DNA from: a virus
Direction: 5' to 3' (one strand)
DNA: 64,000 bases
Virus record (IMG/VR): IMGVR_UViG_3300020176_000010
Span: 17,141 to 81,140 of that record
This document shows positions 28,817 to 38,498 of the stretch, in pieces. Position numbers and translations under genes: made by a program. The notes below the pieces were generated by a model. The model saw only the letters and a program-made list of their open reading frames with translations, searched no databases and was not told the origin of the DNA. The number at the start of each line of letters is the position of its first letter. Within the stretch, counting starts at the first letter, position 1.

Positions 28817-29179
28817 ATGACATTTGTAAACATCCACGGCCAGCCGATCGACATCGCAGCGCTGGTCACCAAGAAGACCTCCAAGGTGAAGATGCCAACT
28901 GTCTCCGTGCACAAGGGCTTCCAGCCCATGGGCTACAGCCAGGAGCAGATCTCCGAAGCCCGCCGCAAGCACGAGTCCGACAGCCGGCTCGAGATGCAGG
29001 CCGGTCGCCCGCCGCTGGAGCCATTCTCGCTCGATGGGTTCCTGCGCAAGGCAAGGCCGAAGAAAATCGGCAAGCCGCTCTCTTCACACGACGCAGCAAG
29101 CGTGGCCGCAAGCCTTGCCGAAAAAGGCGGATGGGTGAAGGTCCATGTTGTTGAGCTGAAGAAGGGTGGAGCAGCATGA
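28817..29179 (+). CDS. Hypothetical protein
   Basis: RBS AGGAG; first gene of the rightward arm. Confidence 0.7.
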   Translation: MTFVNIHGQPIDIAALVTKKTSKVKMPTVSVHKGFQPMGYSQEQISEARRKHESDSRLEMQAGRPPLEPFSLDGFLRKARPKKIGKPLSSHDAASVAASLAEKGGWVKVHVVELKKGGAA

Positions 29180-30297
29180 CACTCACACCAAAGGGACAGA
29201 TCGACCGCGCCGGCCGCGTCAGCTTCGGTGATGCGAGCCTTGACGTGTGGGAGGACACCATGCCACCCCTGTCGGGCCTCGATGCCCACAAAAAGCGCGA
29301 CGCATGGGAGGCCGCATTCAAGCGGCAGGTCTTCGCCCGCATCATCCAGCAGCTGAACCGCATCGGCTGGACAGTCCAGAAGCCGCCAGTCAACCCGCAC
29401 GACGTGAAGCACTACGGCGGACGGGTGGCTCGGTGGGCTGCAGAGCGGCATCGCAACTGCAGCAAGGGCGACCTAACAGGCGAGCTGAAGATCAGTGGCC
29501 GCTCCATCAATTTCCAGATGTGGCAGGGCGTCAACACCCCCACCCGCCCAGACCACGGTGGTCGCTACGAAAGCGACCTCGAAGGCTGCATGCCTTACGT
29601 GCTGCGCCTGGAGATGGAGCGCACGCGCCGCCGCATCCGCGACTACCTGTGCGCGGTTTTCGCTGGCTACACTTTTGATAGCAAGCGCCGCACCATCTAC
29701 AGGCGCCCGCTACAGTTCACAGCCATGGACTTGATCGAGCAGAGCTACGCAAAGAGCTGCCACTTCAAGGGGGACATGGCCGACTACCTCAAGCGGAACG
29801 GATACACCGAGCTGCCCAGCTACAACTGCACCAGCCGCGACGGACATCGGATCCAGCACGGCCAGCGCGTCTGGTTTCAGGATTACAACGGCCGCATCTG
29901 CGAGGGCATCGCCTACTACAACATCAACAACATGTGGTGGGTGGTCACTGGACGCTACGACCGGCGCAACATCGGCACGAGCGACATCTGGGTGAAGTGC
30001 CCAGAAAACCCGCGCGTCAAACGCAACGAGCGCCAGCGCCGCAAGCGCCTGGAGGGCCTGCTGGCCGACGCCGTGAAGGCCATGGACTTCGACCGCGCGA
30101 AGGTGCTCAAGCGCATCCTTTGGCCTGAGCCCGAGCCACTGTTCCACATCATGAAGGGCGACGCCTACTTTGCGCCGAACTACTGCGGCTACCGCAGCAG
30201 CCCGATCGACGCCGGCAAGTACACCAAGGCTGAGCTGCGCCCCTACCAGGACCAGATACAGCGCGGCACCCTGCGCGCCATCCCTGCCTCAGAATAA
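29176..30297 (+). CDS. Hypothetical phage protein
   Basis: 373 aa with strong GC3 bias; AYYNINNMWWV motif. Confidence 0.8.
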   Translation: MTLTPKGQIDRAGRVSFGDASLDVWEDTMPPLSGLDAHKKRDAWEAAFKRQVFARIIQQLNRIGWTVQKPPVNPHDVKHYGGRVARWAAERHRNCSKGDLTGELKISGRSINFQMWQGVNTPTRPDHGGRYESDLEGCMPYVLRLEMERTRRRIRDYLCAVFAGYTFDSKRRTIYRRPLQFTAMDLIEQSYAKSCHFKGDMADYLKRNGYTELPSYNCTSRDGHRIQHGQRVWFQDYNGRICEGIAYYNINNMWWVVTGRYDRRNIGTSDIWVKCPENPRVKRNERQRRKRLEGLLADAVKAMDFDRAKVLKRILWPEPEPLFHIMKGDAYFAPNYCGYRSSPIDAGKYTKAELRPYQDQIQRGTLRAIPASE

Positions 30298-30312
30298 CCA
30301 ACGAGGAATCAC

Positions 30313-31344
30313 ATGAGTGCTACAGAAAAGATATCTGCCGGCGCAGATCCCGCAAGCGCTGGCGGCGAAATACACCAGGATGGCGGCCCGCCGGGCTCGG
30401 GTGGATGGAGGGCTCACGCTGAGAACATGGAGCGCGAGCGCGACCACTGGCGCGAGCGTGCCCGGACCATGGAAGATCACCAGCGCTGCACGGTCTGGTA
30501 CTGGCAGGGCGATGGCAACGACCACCCTGAATCGATGGTGAACAGCTTGCCAGTGGTCATCCGCGCAGACCAGCTGCGGGCGCTCATCGCTGGCGGGGTG
30601 CAGTCGCTTTCACAGAAAAAAGCTACGCCGGCAAGCGTGGATAAAGCGCAGGCAGCTATCAATTCAGGAGCGGCGGCGGGGCCGAGCTGGTGGAGCAAGC
30701 GCGCCGACGAGATCGAGGGTCAGGTGGCGCTCACGGGCAGCCCGGAGGCCATGCGCTGCTACACCGACATGCGGACATTGCTGCAGGCTGCGGCTGGGGC
30801 AGCACCCCAGCAGGAGGCGCAGGAGCCGGGAGAAATTCCCGAATCAATCGAGCGCATGGCTACCGGCAGATACAAAGTGGTGCCTTCACATGAAAGCATG
30901 TTCCATCGATGGGCTGTTGTCGCAGGCTCTGGAACGCAGCAGCTCTATCTAGGGCGCGAAGTTGAATGCCAAAACATGGCGCGCAAGTTTGCTGGCGCAT
31001 TTCTCGACGGCGCATTTTTTGCCATGCAGCAGCCAGCACCCCAGCAGGAGGCGCGGGAGCCTGTGGCATTCAGGTGCTTGCATGAATGGGATGGACTGAT
31101 CCGAACATCCATGCCTCCAAAATATGCGTGCAAGCACTGCCACAACTTCTTCGATGCGCCGCCCTCACCCGCACTCCAGCCAGCGCCTGCGCCGCTGAGT
31201 GATGACGTTTTCCAAAAAACATGGAGGCTGCTCGACGAGCTGGAAAAGCTGCGCAGCGCAAACCGTGACGAGGAAGACTGGGGTGCGCTCAACAGGCGCG
31301 ATAGCGAACTGCGCGCAGCGCTGGCAGAACGGGAGGGCGCATGA
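30313..31344 (+). CDS. Modular phage protein with PQQEA(Q/R)EP linkers
   Basis: WYWQGDGNDHPESM module; linkers shared with 24138-25514. Confidence 0.75.
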   Translation: MSATEKISAGADPASAGGEIHQDGGPPGSGGWRAHAENMERERDHWRERARTMEDHQRCTVWYWQGDGNDHPESMVNSLPVVIRADQLRALIAGGVQSLSQKKATPASVDKAQAAINSGAAAGPSWWSKRADEIEGQVALTGSPEAMRCYTDMRTLLQAAAGAAPQQEAQEPGEIPESIERMATGRYKVVPSHESMFHRWAVVAGSGTQQLYLGREVECQNMARKFAGAFLDGAFFAMQQPAPQQEAREPVAFRCLHEWDGLIRTSMPPKYACKHCHNFFDAPPSPALQPAPAPLSDDVFQKTWRLLDELEKLRSANRDEEDWGALNRRDSELRAALAEREGA

Positions 31345-31601
31345 CCACCAGAACAATTCCGGCGCATACGATCAAGACCTGCGACTGCTGCGACGTGATC
31401 ATGAATAGAGAGAACTCGCGGCAGGATGGAAGCCTGACCCTCAAAGCTGACGCGCTGGACATGCATGGCCACGCGGTTGCAAGCGCAACCCGCAAGCTGG
31501 ACCTATGCGACTCGTGCCCGCATGACATGGAGAAGGGCATCGGCGCAGTCCTGCGCAGCAAAGCTGAGCAGCGAAAGGCCAACGAAGGAGCAACGAAGTG
31601 A
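31341..31601 (+). CDS. Zinc-finger protein
   Basis: TCDCC..DLCDSC. Confidence 0.65.
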   Translation: MTTRTIPAHTIKTCDCCDVIMNRENSRQDGSLTLKADALDMHGHAVASATRKLDLCDSCPHDMEKGIGAVLRSKAEQRKANEGATK

Positions 31602-31912
31602 CTCACTTTTTCGACGACATCCAGGTCATCAAGAAGCGCGTGCGCGCGAGCGATCCGGTGAGCAGCGTGCAGGCCGCCGAGCGATCAACGAGGTTCTCAG
31701 AGACCCACAAGGGTCGGATCCTGGCGGCCATGGAAAGGCTGGGCGGATCAGCTACAGCGCACGAGATCAGCATATCCACAGGACTGTCCGTGGTCCAGAT
31801 CGACAGGCGACTGCCAGAACTCGAGCGCGACAATCTGGCGGGTGTGGTTGAGCTGGCCGGAGAAGATGTTATGCGGGGCGGCTTTCGCTTGTGGCGGCTG
31901 AAAAAAATTTAG
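31598..31912 (+). CDS. Winged-helix DNA-binding protein
   Basis: RASDPVSS..ATAHEISISTGLSVVQIDRRLPEL. Confidence 0.75.
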   Translation: MTHFFDDIQVIKKRVRASDPVSSVQAAERSTRFSETHKGRILAAMERLGGSATAHEISISTGLSVVQIDRRLPELERDNLAGVVELAGEDVMRGGFRLWRLKKI

Positions 31913-32133
31913 CCGTAGGGCGGCAAACAGTTGCGCTGCCAAGCGCTTGTTGCACTACAATCCAATCGCGGCGCGCAATGCGCTGCACCATAGCTCCCGC
32001 ACGAACTTGGCCGTGAGTGCGGGGTTTCAGTAGTCGTAGAGGGCTCAGGGAGAGGGAGCTGTGCGAAAGCACGCCCCGATCTGCGACGGGGAGGCCAAGA
32101 GCTTCTCTCTCACCCTGAGCCCGGGAAGTAGTA

Positions 32134-32559
32134 ATGAATCACGAAAACGAAGAGCAATTTGAGGCCACCTACAGGAAGCGCCTCGCGGAATCGATAGCCG
32201 AAGAGCGCTCCCATACCGAAGCCATCGAACGCATGGCGCGCGATAACGCCGAGTCAATTCGCTACCTATGGGAGCGCGGCAACGGGTACGGCGGATGGAT
32301 TCATCGCGTTCTTGCGAGCGCCGCCGGTCGCGCAACCGGGCCCGCGGGATGCGCCGACTCTGGCAGAAAGAAAAAAATTGATGGCGCACTTCGAACAAAA
32401 GTGTTTGAGCGCGATGCCTACCGATGCGTTCACTGTGGGGCGCACAAGGATCTTTCCTGCGACCACATCCTCCCAGAGTCAAAAGGCGGAGAGACAACCT
32501 TCACCAACCTGCAGACGCTATGCCGCCCGTGCAACAGCAAGAAGGGGGCGCGTCAATGA
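32134..32559 (+). CDS. HNH endonuclease
   Basis: VFERDAYRCVHCG..DHILPESKGG..NLQTLCRPCNSKKG. Confidence 0.92.
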   Translation: MNHENEEQFEATYRKRLAESIAEERSHTEAIERMARDNAESIRYLWERGNGYGGWIHRVLASAAGRATGPAGCADSGRKKKIDGALRTKVFERDAYRCVHCGAHKDLSCDHILPESKGGETTFTNLQTLCRPCNSKKGARQ

Positions 32560-33479
32560 CCATCAGGCGAGGTGCCCGGCGAAATGGGTTCACGGTTCTC
32601 GATAACGCCGTCTTTAATTCCGGCCTCAGCTTTCGAGCAATTGGACTTTTGACGTACCTGCTGAGCAAGCCGGACCACTGGGAGGTCTCTGTCCAGCAGC
32701 TCGTCAACATATCCAGTGGAACGCTGCGCCCAGACGGGCGGGACAGCATCTATTCGATCATCGATGAGCTCATGAAAAAGGGGTTCATTCGTCGCGAGAG
32801 AAAGCGCGACAACGGGCGCATGAATGGCTACGACTACGAGGTTCACGACGTTCCTCAGAGAGAGTTCCCATCACCGAAAACGCCTCTGCCGGAAACGGCG
32901 GCGCCGGAAACGCCTCTGCCGGAAACGGCGGCGCCGGAAACGCCTCTGCCGTCTACGGCAGAATCGACACAAGTAAAGACTGACTTGGAAGTAAAGACTG
33001 AATTGGAAGTAAAGACTGAATTGCCGGCAGCTTCGCAGCCGCCCGCAGTGAAGGTGGTCGCTGAGCCTGTTGATGAAAAAGAGACAGCCCTGCAGTCGGC
33101 ATGCCGAGCGACATGGGCGGCCTACGGTGAGGCGTACGCAGCGCTGTATGGCGCCCCTCCGCTGCGCAACGCGTCAGTGAACGCGAAGATCAAGCAGTTC
33201 GTGCAGCGGATTGGCTACGAGGAATCTCCGGAGGTTGCCCGCTTCTACGTGGAGCGCATTCGAGAGCGAATCGTCTCCCAGAGGTTCCATGACGTTGGGT
33301 TGCTGCTGTCTGGTGCTGAGGGCTATCGGACCCAGTGGTACACCAACACCACGATGACCGGGACGCGCGCCCAGCAGATTGACAAGACGCAGAGCAACGC
33401 CGACGCGGCCGATGAGGCGCTTGCAATCCTGATGGCCCGCCGCCGCGCGCAGGCGGAAGGGGGTGATGCATGGCACTGA
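32556..33479 (+). CDS. Replication initiator (lambda O-like architecture)
   Basis: FTVLDN..LSFRAIGLLTYLLSKPDHW..ELMKKGFI N-terminal wHTH; internal tandem repeats. Confidence 0.85.
   Translation: MTIRRGARRNGFTVLDNAVFNSGLSFRAIGLLTYLLSKPDHWEVSVQQLVNISSGTLRPDGRDSIYSIIDELMKKGFIRRERKRDNGRMNGYDYEVHDVPQREFPSPKTPLPETAAPETPLPETAAPETPLPSTAESTQVKTDLEVKTELEVKTELPAASQPPAVKVVAEPVDEKETALQSACRATWAAYGEAYAALYGAPPLRNASVNAKIKQFVQRIGYEESPEVARFYVERIRERIVSQRFHDVGLLLSGAEGYRTQWYTNTTMTGTRAQQIDKTQSNADAADEALAILMARRRAQAEGGDAWH
32878..33023 (+). repeat. Iteron-like repeats, probable replication origin
   Basis: 30-bp unit cgcctctgccggaaacggcggcgccggaaa x2 plus a partial copy; 18-bp unit aagtaaagactga(c/a)ttg(g) x3. Confidence 0.8.
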
Positions 33480-34273
33480 GCGACAACGATCTTGCCTGGC
33501 TGGTGCGGCAGCTGGCGGCAACAGCCGAGCTGCTCGGGCAGGAGATGAGGCCAAACGCCGCAGCGCTGCTTGCTGACGACCTGTCAGCCTACGACAGGCC
33601 AACTCTTGCTGCAGCGCTCCAGAGGGTTCGCATGGAGCACACCGGCAAGCTTACGCTCAAGGCAGTCATTGACCGGATTGACGAGGCGGCTGGCCGACCT
33701 GCGGCAAATGAGGCGTGGGCAATGGCGATGAGCGCCCAGGATGAGCGCAACACCGTTGTTTGGACGCAGGAGGCTTCGGATGCCTGGCTGGTGGCAAAGC
33801 CCATTGCAGACAGTGGCGACATGGTTGGCGCTCGCATGGCGTTCATTGCGGCGTACGAGCGGCTTGTGCGCACCGCGCGCGAGGAGCGCAGGATGCCAGC
33901 CGTTACCGTGTCCCTTGGTTGGGATGAGCAGCTGCGCGCCTTGGCCGTCGAGAAGGCGGTAAAGGCTGGATACCTAACGAAGAATGCAGCTCTCGAGTAT
34001 TCGCAGCCGGCCGGCCGGCTGACATGGGTTGACCCCGTGAAGCTGCTTGCCGGGGATGTGCAGCCAGGCCACACAGCAACCCCAGAGCAGCGTGAGAGGC
34101 TGAAGAAATTGCGCGACGAGATTGCCTCAAAGGCCGCCCGCAGAGCTGAGGAGTCTGCAGCAAAGGCGAAGGTTGAGAGAGATGCACTTACCGAGCGAAA
34201 GCGCCTCGCGCAAAAGGCTGTTGATGAGCGCTTAATGAATGGAGCTGAAGATGTACGCACAGAACACCGCTAG
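33470..34273 (+). CDS. Putative helicase loader (P-like position)
   Basis: Follows the initiator; GRPAANEAW..TVVWT..ARMAFIAAYERLV..VSLGWD. Confidence 0.7.
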   Translation: MALSDNDLAWLVRQLAATAELLGQEMRPNAAALLADDLSAYDRPTLAAALQRVRMEHTGKLTLKAVIDRIDEAAGRPAANEAWAMAMSAQDERNTVVWTQEASDAWLVAKPIADSGDMVGARMAFIAAYERLVRTAREERRMPAVTVSLGWDEQLRALAVEKAVKAGYLTKNAALEYSQPAGRLTWVDPVKLLAGDVQPGHTATPEQRERLKKLRDEIASKAARRAEESAAKAKVERDALTERKRLAQKAVDERLMNGAEDVRTEHR

Positions 34274-34757
34274 TCATTGGGCGGAGATCCGAGAGATCTA
34301 CTCTGGAATCACCGATGGAATTAGCAAGTCTCCCGCAAACCGGTACGCAGTGGATCCATATTTTTGGTGCGGGACAACGATAGAGCTCAGCCCAATTGAG
34401 CGGATTGTCTGGGACGAGGCGCGCGCTTTTGGTCTCGTTCTCTACCCGCAGTTTCCGATAGATAGGTTCTTCGCTGACTTTGCGAGCCCGGCTGCAAAGG
34501 TGGTGATTGAGTGCGATGGTGAGGAGTTTCACAAGGACGCAGCAGCGGATCGTGCGCGCGAGCGTGTCATGGAATCTCTTGGGTGGCATGTGTATCGAAT
34601 CAGTGGGGCTGCGCGCCACCGGGCAATGCGCGGAGAGGGGCACAGGATCAACGAGATGGACTGGTTGTTCAATCGAATTTGCTCCGAGCACCCGGAGGTG
34701 GTGTCAGCTCAGATGGTCTCTCGCATTCGCTCCGGTGGCCGAGAGTTCCAGCAATGA
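34239..34757 (+). CDS. DUF559/Vsr-like endonuclease
   Basis: SPIE..PQFPIDRFFADF..VIECDGEEFH..DRARE..GWHVYRISG. Confidence 0.85.
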   Translation: MELKMYAQNTASHWAEIREIYSGITDGISKSPANRYAVDPYFWCGTTIELSPIERIVWDEARAFGLVLYPQFPIDRFFADFASPAAKVVIECDGEEFHKDAAADRARERVMESLGWHVYRISGAARHRAMRGEGHRINEMDWLFNRICSEHPEVVSAQMVSRIRSGGREFQQ

Positions 34758-35677
34758 CAACGAAGCAACGCGCAAAGCAAGCGCTAGCCGACCTCCGGCC
34801 AAACGCCACGATCAAGTGCCTGCAATGCGACCGGCAAAAGTCGCATGCTGGCAGCGTGAAGTTTCACGCCCACCACATCTGCGAAGAGTGCGCGGCAAAT
34901 CTGAAGGCAAAGGAGGTCGCAAAGTGACCGTCTCAAGCACGCTTCCGCAGGTTCTTGGAGCCTACAAGCCAACGCCTCGCCCGCCGCGCAAGCAGCAGTA
35001 CCGCGGTTACTCCGTCGAGCCAAGGCGCACCTCCGAGACCCTGCTCTCCGACCACCAGGTGCGCGAGGCTCGATGGCTCAGCCAGTACGGCGGATGGACG
35101 CACGCCATGGTCCGTGATCACTTTGGGCTTACGGCTCAGTACACGAACCGGCTGCTGTCCTATGTGGTCAGGTCGAAGATCTACACAAAGGAGGGTGATT
35201 TCCCTCCAGGGTACAAGCCAGGAACGGCGACAAACTAAGACACAATCGCAACATGAAATTACTTCACATCGATGAGTCCCGCTGCGCGGGCCGCGACACA
35301 AAACCAAACCCCACGATCTGCGCCGAGCGCCAGTCCTGCCTGCGTCACACCCAGATGACCAAGGACCGGGAGATGGGCCTTGAGAGCCTCAAGGTCATCA
35401 AGGTGATGACCCTGCCACGCGTCGGGGCGCACGCGTGCAACTACCGCCTGCGGCAGACGCCATGAGCGCCACCGACACAACGAGCGCCGAGTGCATGCAC
35501 CAGTGCCTGGTACGCCATGTGCTGAAGATGCGCGCCGCGCGTGGTGGCGCAGATCGTGCGCGCGACTTCCTGGATGGCTGGGAGAAGAAGCACCCTGGCG
35601 AGAAGACGCTACGCGCGGATGTCATGGACCAGTGGGGTCGAGGCAACCGTGGCGCTGACGGCGACTGGAGGTCGTGA
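34754..35677 (+). CDS. Four small nin-region-like genes (34754-34927, 34924-35238, 35253-35465, 35462-35677)
   Basis: Coupled ORFs; two are Cys-rich. Confidence 0.6.
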
Positions 35678-36150
35678 TGGCTGAGATCCTGATGATCAAG
35701 ACAGCAGCCGGCGGCCTAGCTCCAGCAAACGACGATGAGGCCGAGAAGCTGCGGCGCATGAAGACCGGCGCCACGGTGAAGGTCGCCGTCTCCGAGATGC
35801 GCAACGGCCGCTTCTTCCGCAAGTGGTGGGTGCTGGCCAAGTTCGCGTTCGACACATGGGCGGAGACTGCGCCGCGCGCCATGTACAAGGGCGAGCCAGT
35901 GGAGCACAGCTTCGACAGGTTCCGCAAGGATCTGATTGTGCTCACAGGCCACCACCGCTGTGTGTTCAACGCCCTGGGAGAGATGCGCCTGGAGCCGGAG
36001 TCCATCAGCTGGGCAAAGATGGACGAGGACTCGTTCGAGAAGCTGTACTCCAGCACGATCAATGTGATTCTCGGGAAGATCCTGCATCGTCCCGAGCTGA
36101 CAGAGGATCGCTTACGCAGCCTTATCGACCAACTGATGAGCTTCGACTGA
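35674..36150 (+). CDS. DUF1367-like (NinB/YbcN-related) protein
   Basis: RNGRFFRKWW..SFDRFRKDLIVLTGH..SISWAKMDEDSFEKLY. Confidence 0.8.
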   Translation: MMAEILMIKTAAGGLAPANDDEAEKLRRMKTGATVKVAVSEMRNGRFFRKWWVLAKFAFDTWAETAPRAMYKGEPVEHSFDRFRKDLIVLTGHHRCVFNALGEMRLEPESISWAKMDEDSFEKLYSSTINVILGKILHRPELTEDRLRSLIDQLMSFD

Positions 36151-36227
36151 GTGTTGTGTTTTTGCACGTTGCTTTTCTGCGACGCTATTCTGTGTTAAAA
36201 CCTGCCGTCACAACAAAATGTTTTCAC

Positions 36228-36506
36228 ATGAATAAGCAAGAACTCATCGCAGCAGTAGCCAAAGAATCTGGCCAGGCGGCCAACACGGTGCGCGCCATTC
36301 TCGACGCCACCGACAGCGTCGTGCGAAGAGCTGTCGGCGCCGGCGACGAGGTGTTCCTGTTCGGGCTTGGCAAGGTCTTCACAAAGCGCCGCGGCAAGAC
36401 AGTTGCCAGCAACTTCGGCAAGTCGCAGCCGATTGTTGTGCCGGAGCGCAACCTGGTCCAGTTCCAACCATCTTCGGGCCTGAAGCAGGCCGTCAACCAG
36501 AAGTAA
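36228..36506 (+). CDS. Second HU-family protein (divergent arm)
   Basis: MNKQELIAAVAKESG..LFGLGK..VQFQPSSGLKQAVN. Confidence 0.88.
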   Translation: MNKQELIAAVAKESGQAANTVRAILDATDSVVRRAVGAGDEVFLFGLGKVFTKRRGKTVASNFGKSQPIVVPERNLVQFQPSSGLKQAVNQK

Positions 36507-36509
36507 CGC

Positions 36510-36944
36510 GTGCTGGTGCGTTTCACCGTACCGGGCGACCCGGTGGCAAAGGGGCGGGCCAGGTCTGTCGCGCGCAGGGGCAAGGGCGGTGCCTCGTACA
36601 TCGCCCACATCACGCCAGAGAAGACGGAGCGGTACGAGGCGCGCGTAGCCGTGTTTGCGCAGCAGGCTATGGCTGGCCGCCCGGTGATCGAGGGACCGGT
36701 GGCGCTGTCGGTGACCGCGCTTTTCCCGATCCCGACCAGCTGGACGAAGAAGCGCCAAGCCGCCGCGCGCGCAGGCACCGAGCACCACACCAAGCGACCA
36801 GACGCGGACAACTGCGCAAAGGCAGTCCTTGACGGACTCAATGGGGTGGTTTGGAAGGACGACTCTCAGGTCGTAACGCTGTCAATCGAAAAGCGATACG
36901 CGGAAGTCCCGCGCGTCGAGGTTATTGTTGGGGCCGTTGAATGA
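36510..36944 (+). CDS. rusA: RusA Holliday junction resolvase
   Basis: PGDPVAKGRAR..KRPDADNCAKAVLDGLNGVVWKDDSQV. Confidence 0.92.
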   Translation: MLVRFTVPGDPVAKGRARSVARRGKGGASYIAHITPEKTERYEARVAVFAQQAMAGRPVIEGPVALSVTALFPIPTSWTKKRQAAARAGTEHHTKRPDADNCAKAVLDGLNGVVWKDDSQVVTLSIEKRYAEVPRVEVIVGAVE

Positions 36945-37456
36945 GTGGCGGGATCACAACCCTAGAGAGGATCGCTAGGGCATACAGCTCAAGCGACCTC
37001 GGCATGGAGAGCTACGAGCGGCAGCGCATCAAGGATGTAGATGTGCTCACCGCAACAGGCATTGCGGCAAAGCGCAACAGCCTATCGGCGGCCATCATGG
37101 CGGCCCAGGCTGGCGGTGGCGTGACAGCCCTCAAGCACGCGCGCGAGTCCATCCTTGGCCTTGCTCGCAAGCTGAGCATCCGGCGCAATTGGCAGGTATC
37201 CGAGGGTGATCTGGTTCGCATTGCGGAGCTCTCCCTGGTGCACCACATCAGCCCGGCATGCAGGCACTGCGGTGGACTCGGCTACCACGTCACACCAGGC
37301 GCTGACAGCCTATCCAGTCGCAAGTGCAGCCACTGCAAGGGCACCGGCAGACACCCAATCCAGAAGAGACACAGGGCCCACGTCGAGGTTGTTCTTGGGT
37401 CTCTTGCAAGCATCGACTCGCTGGCCGAGTACCACGTAAGAAAGCTGCTCAGATGA
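36941..37456 (+). CDS. Putative Q-like late antiterminator
   Basis: CRHCGGLG..CSHCKGTG Zn finger; position after rusA. Confidence 0.65.
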   Translation: MSGGITTLERIARAYSSSDLGMESYERQRIKDVDVLTATGIAAKRNSLSAAIMAAQAGGGVTALKHARESILGLARKLSIRRNWQVSEGDLVRIAELSLVHHISPACRHCGGLGYHVTPGADSLSSRKCSHCKGTGRHPIQKRHRAHVEVVLGSLASIDSLAEYHVRKLLR

Positions 37457-38010
37457 CGGGGCTCATCACGATCGACGAAGCTCTGGCCGACCCCATGGCT
37501 GGCCGCGCAAAGATCCTGGGGGGAACGTTCGAGGACATAGTCAATCCGGTTGATGGTGTCGTCTACCCAGCTATCAACCGCGACCCGCACCAGGATGTCG
37601 TGCGCGAATTCCACTCCAAAATTGAGAGCGCAATTGGTCGCAGCATCAGTCCAAAGGTGACATTTTCCAGGGCAATGTTCCTGGGCATGAGCGCGCCCAA
37701 CAAGATCCACAGCGATCGGATCATGGCGTCTCATGCTGCCCATATCTACCTATCGACGGACTGGCCGGAGGGGTCTGGAACCAGCTTCTGGGAGCACAAG
37801 GTGTACGGCCCCGTGCACGACGATCGTGTTGTTCCGGCCGACATCAGGACCAACGAGATGAGCGACTGGAACAGGCTCTATCTCGCGCAGGCGGCTTTCA
37901 ATCGCATGCTGGTGCACCGCGGTGACCTGTGGCACTTAGCAGAGCCAATCGGTGGGTGGGGCGACAAGCCGGAAAACGCCCGCTTGGTCATCACCTGCTT
38001 CTTCGACTGA
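37453..38010 (+). CDS. 2OG-Fe(II) dioxygenase-like protein
   Basis: IHSD..IYLS..GSGTSFW..FNRMLV..WH..RLVITCFF (HxD..H..R pattern). Confidence 0.75.
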   Translation: MTGLITIDEALADPMAGRAKILGGTFEDIVNPVDGVVYPAINRDPHQDVVREFHSKIESAIGRSISPKVTFSRAMFLGMSAPNKIHSDRIMASHAAHIYLSTDWPEGSGTSFWEHKVYGPVHDDRVVPADIRTNEMSDWNRLYLAQAAFNRMLVHRGDLWHLAEPIGGWGDKPENARLVITCFFD

Positions 38011-38498
38011 TGCTGCGCCGCACTCCATTCAAGCGCACTATGCCAGCCTCGCAGGCGGGATCCCGAGAGGAGCGCCTACAGTCCCGGGCGGCGGCCGCGC
38101 TGAGAAATAGGGCCACTAGGGCTGCTGTGGTTGTTGCGTCACAGGCCGCTGTGGTGTCGACGCCAAAGCGAGAGTACGTCAGGAGCAAGGAACTGCGCGA
38201 GGCGTACCGCCTGATACCGTGCCAGCACTGCGGCAGAGACGATGGCACGGTGTGCTGCGCGCACAGTAACTGGGGGGCTCACGGCAAGGGTGGCGGAATC
38301 AAGGCTGATGACAGCCGCGGTGCCAGCCTGTGCTCTGCATGCCATGTGCCGGTGCTCGACCAGGGGTCGAAGCTGAGCAAGGCCGAGCGGCAGGATATGT
38401 GGTGGCGGGCCCATGTAAGGTCTGTTGGCCTTCTGGTGAAGCGCGGACTGTGGCCACATGGCGTGGCCGTTCCTGACATCTCGTCACCGCCCTGGTGA
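38010..38498 (+). CDS. DUF968/DUF1364-like nuclease-fold protein
   Basis: PCQHCG..CAHSN..GKGGGIKADD..LCSACH. Confidence 0.7.
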   Translation: MLRRTPFKRTMPASQAGSREERLQSRAAAALRNRATRAAVVVASQAAVVSTPKREYVRSKELREAYRLIPCQHCGRDDGTVCCAHSNWGAHGKGGGIKADDSRGASLCSACHVPVLDQGSKLSKAERQDMWWRAHVRSVGLLVKRGLWPHGVAVPDISSPPW

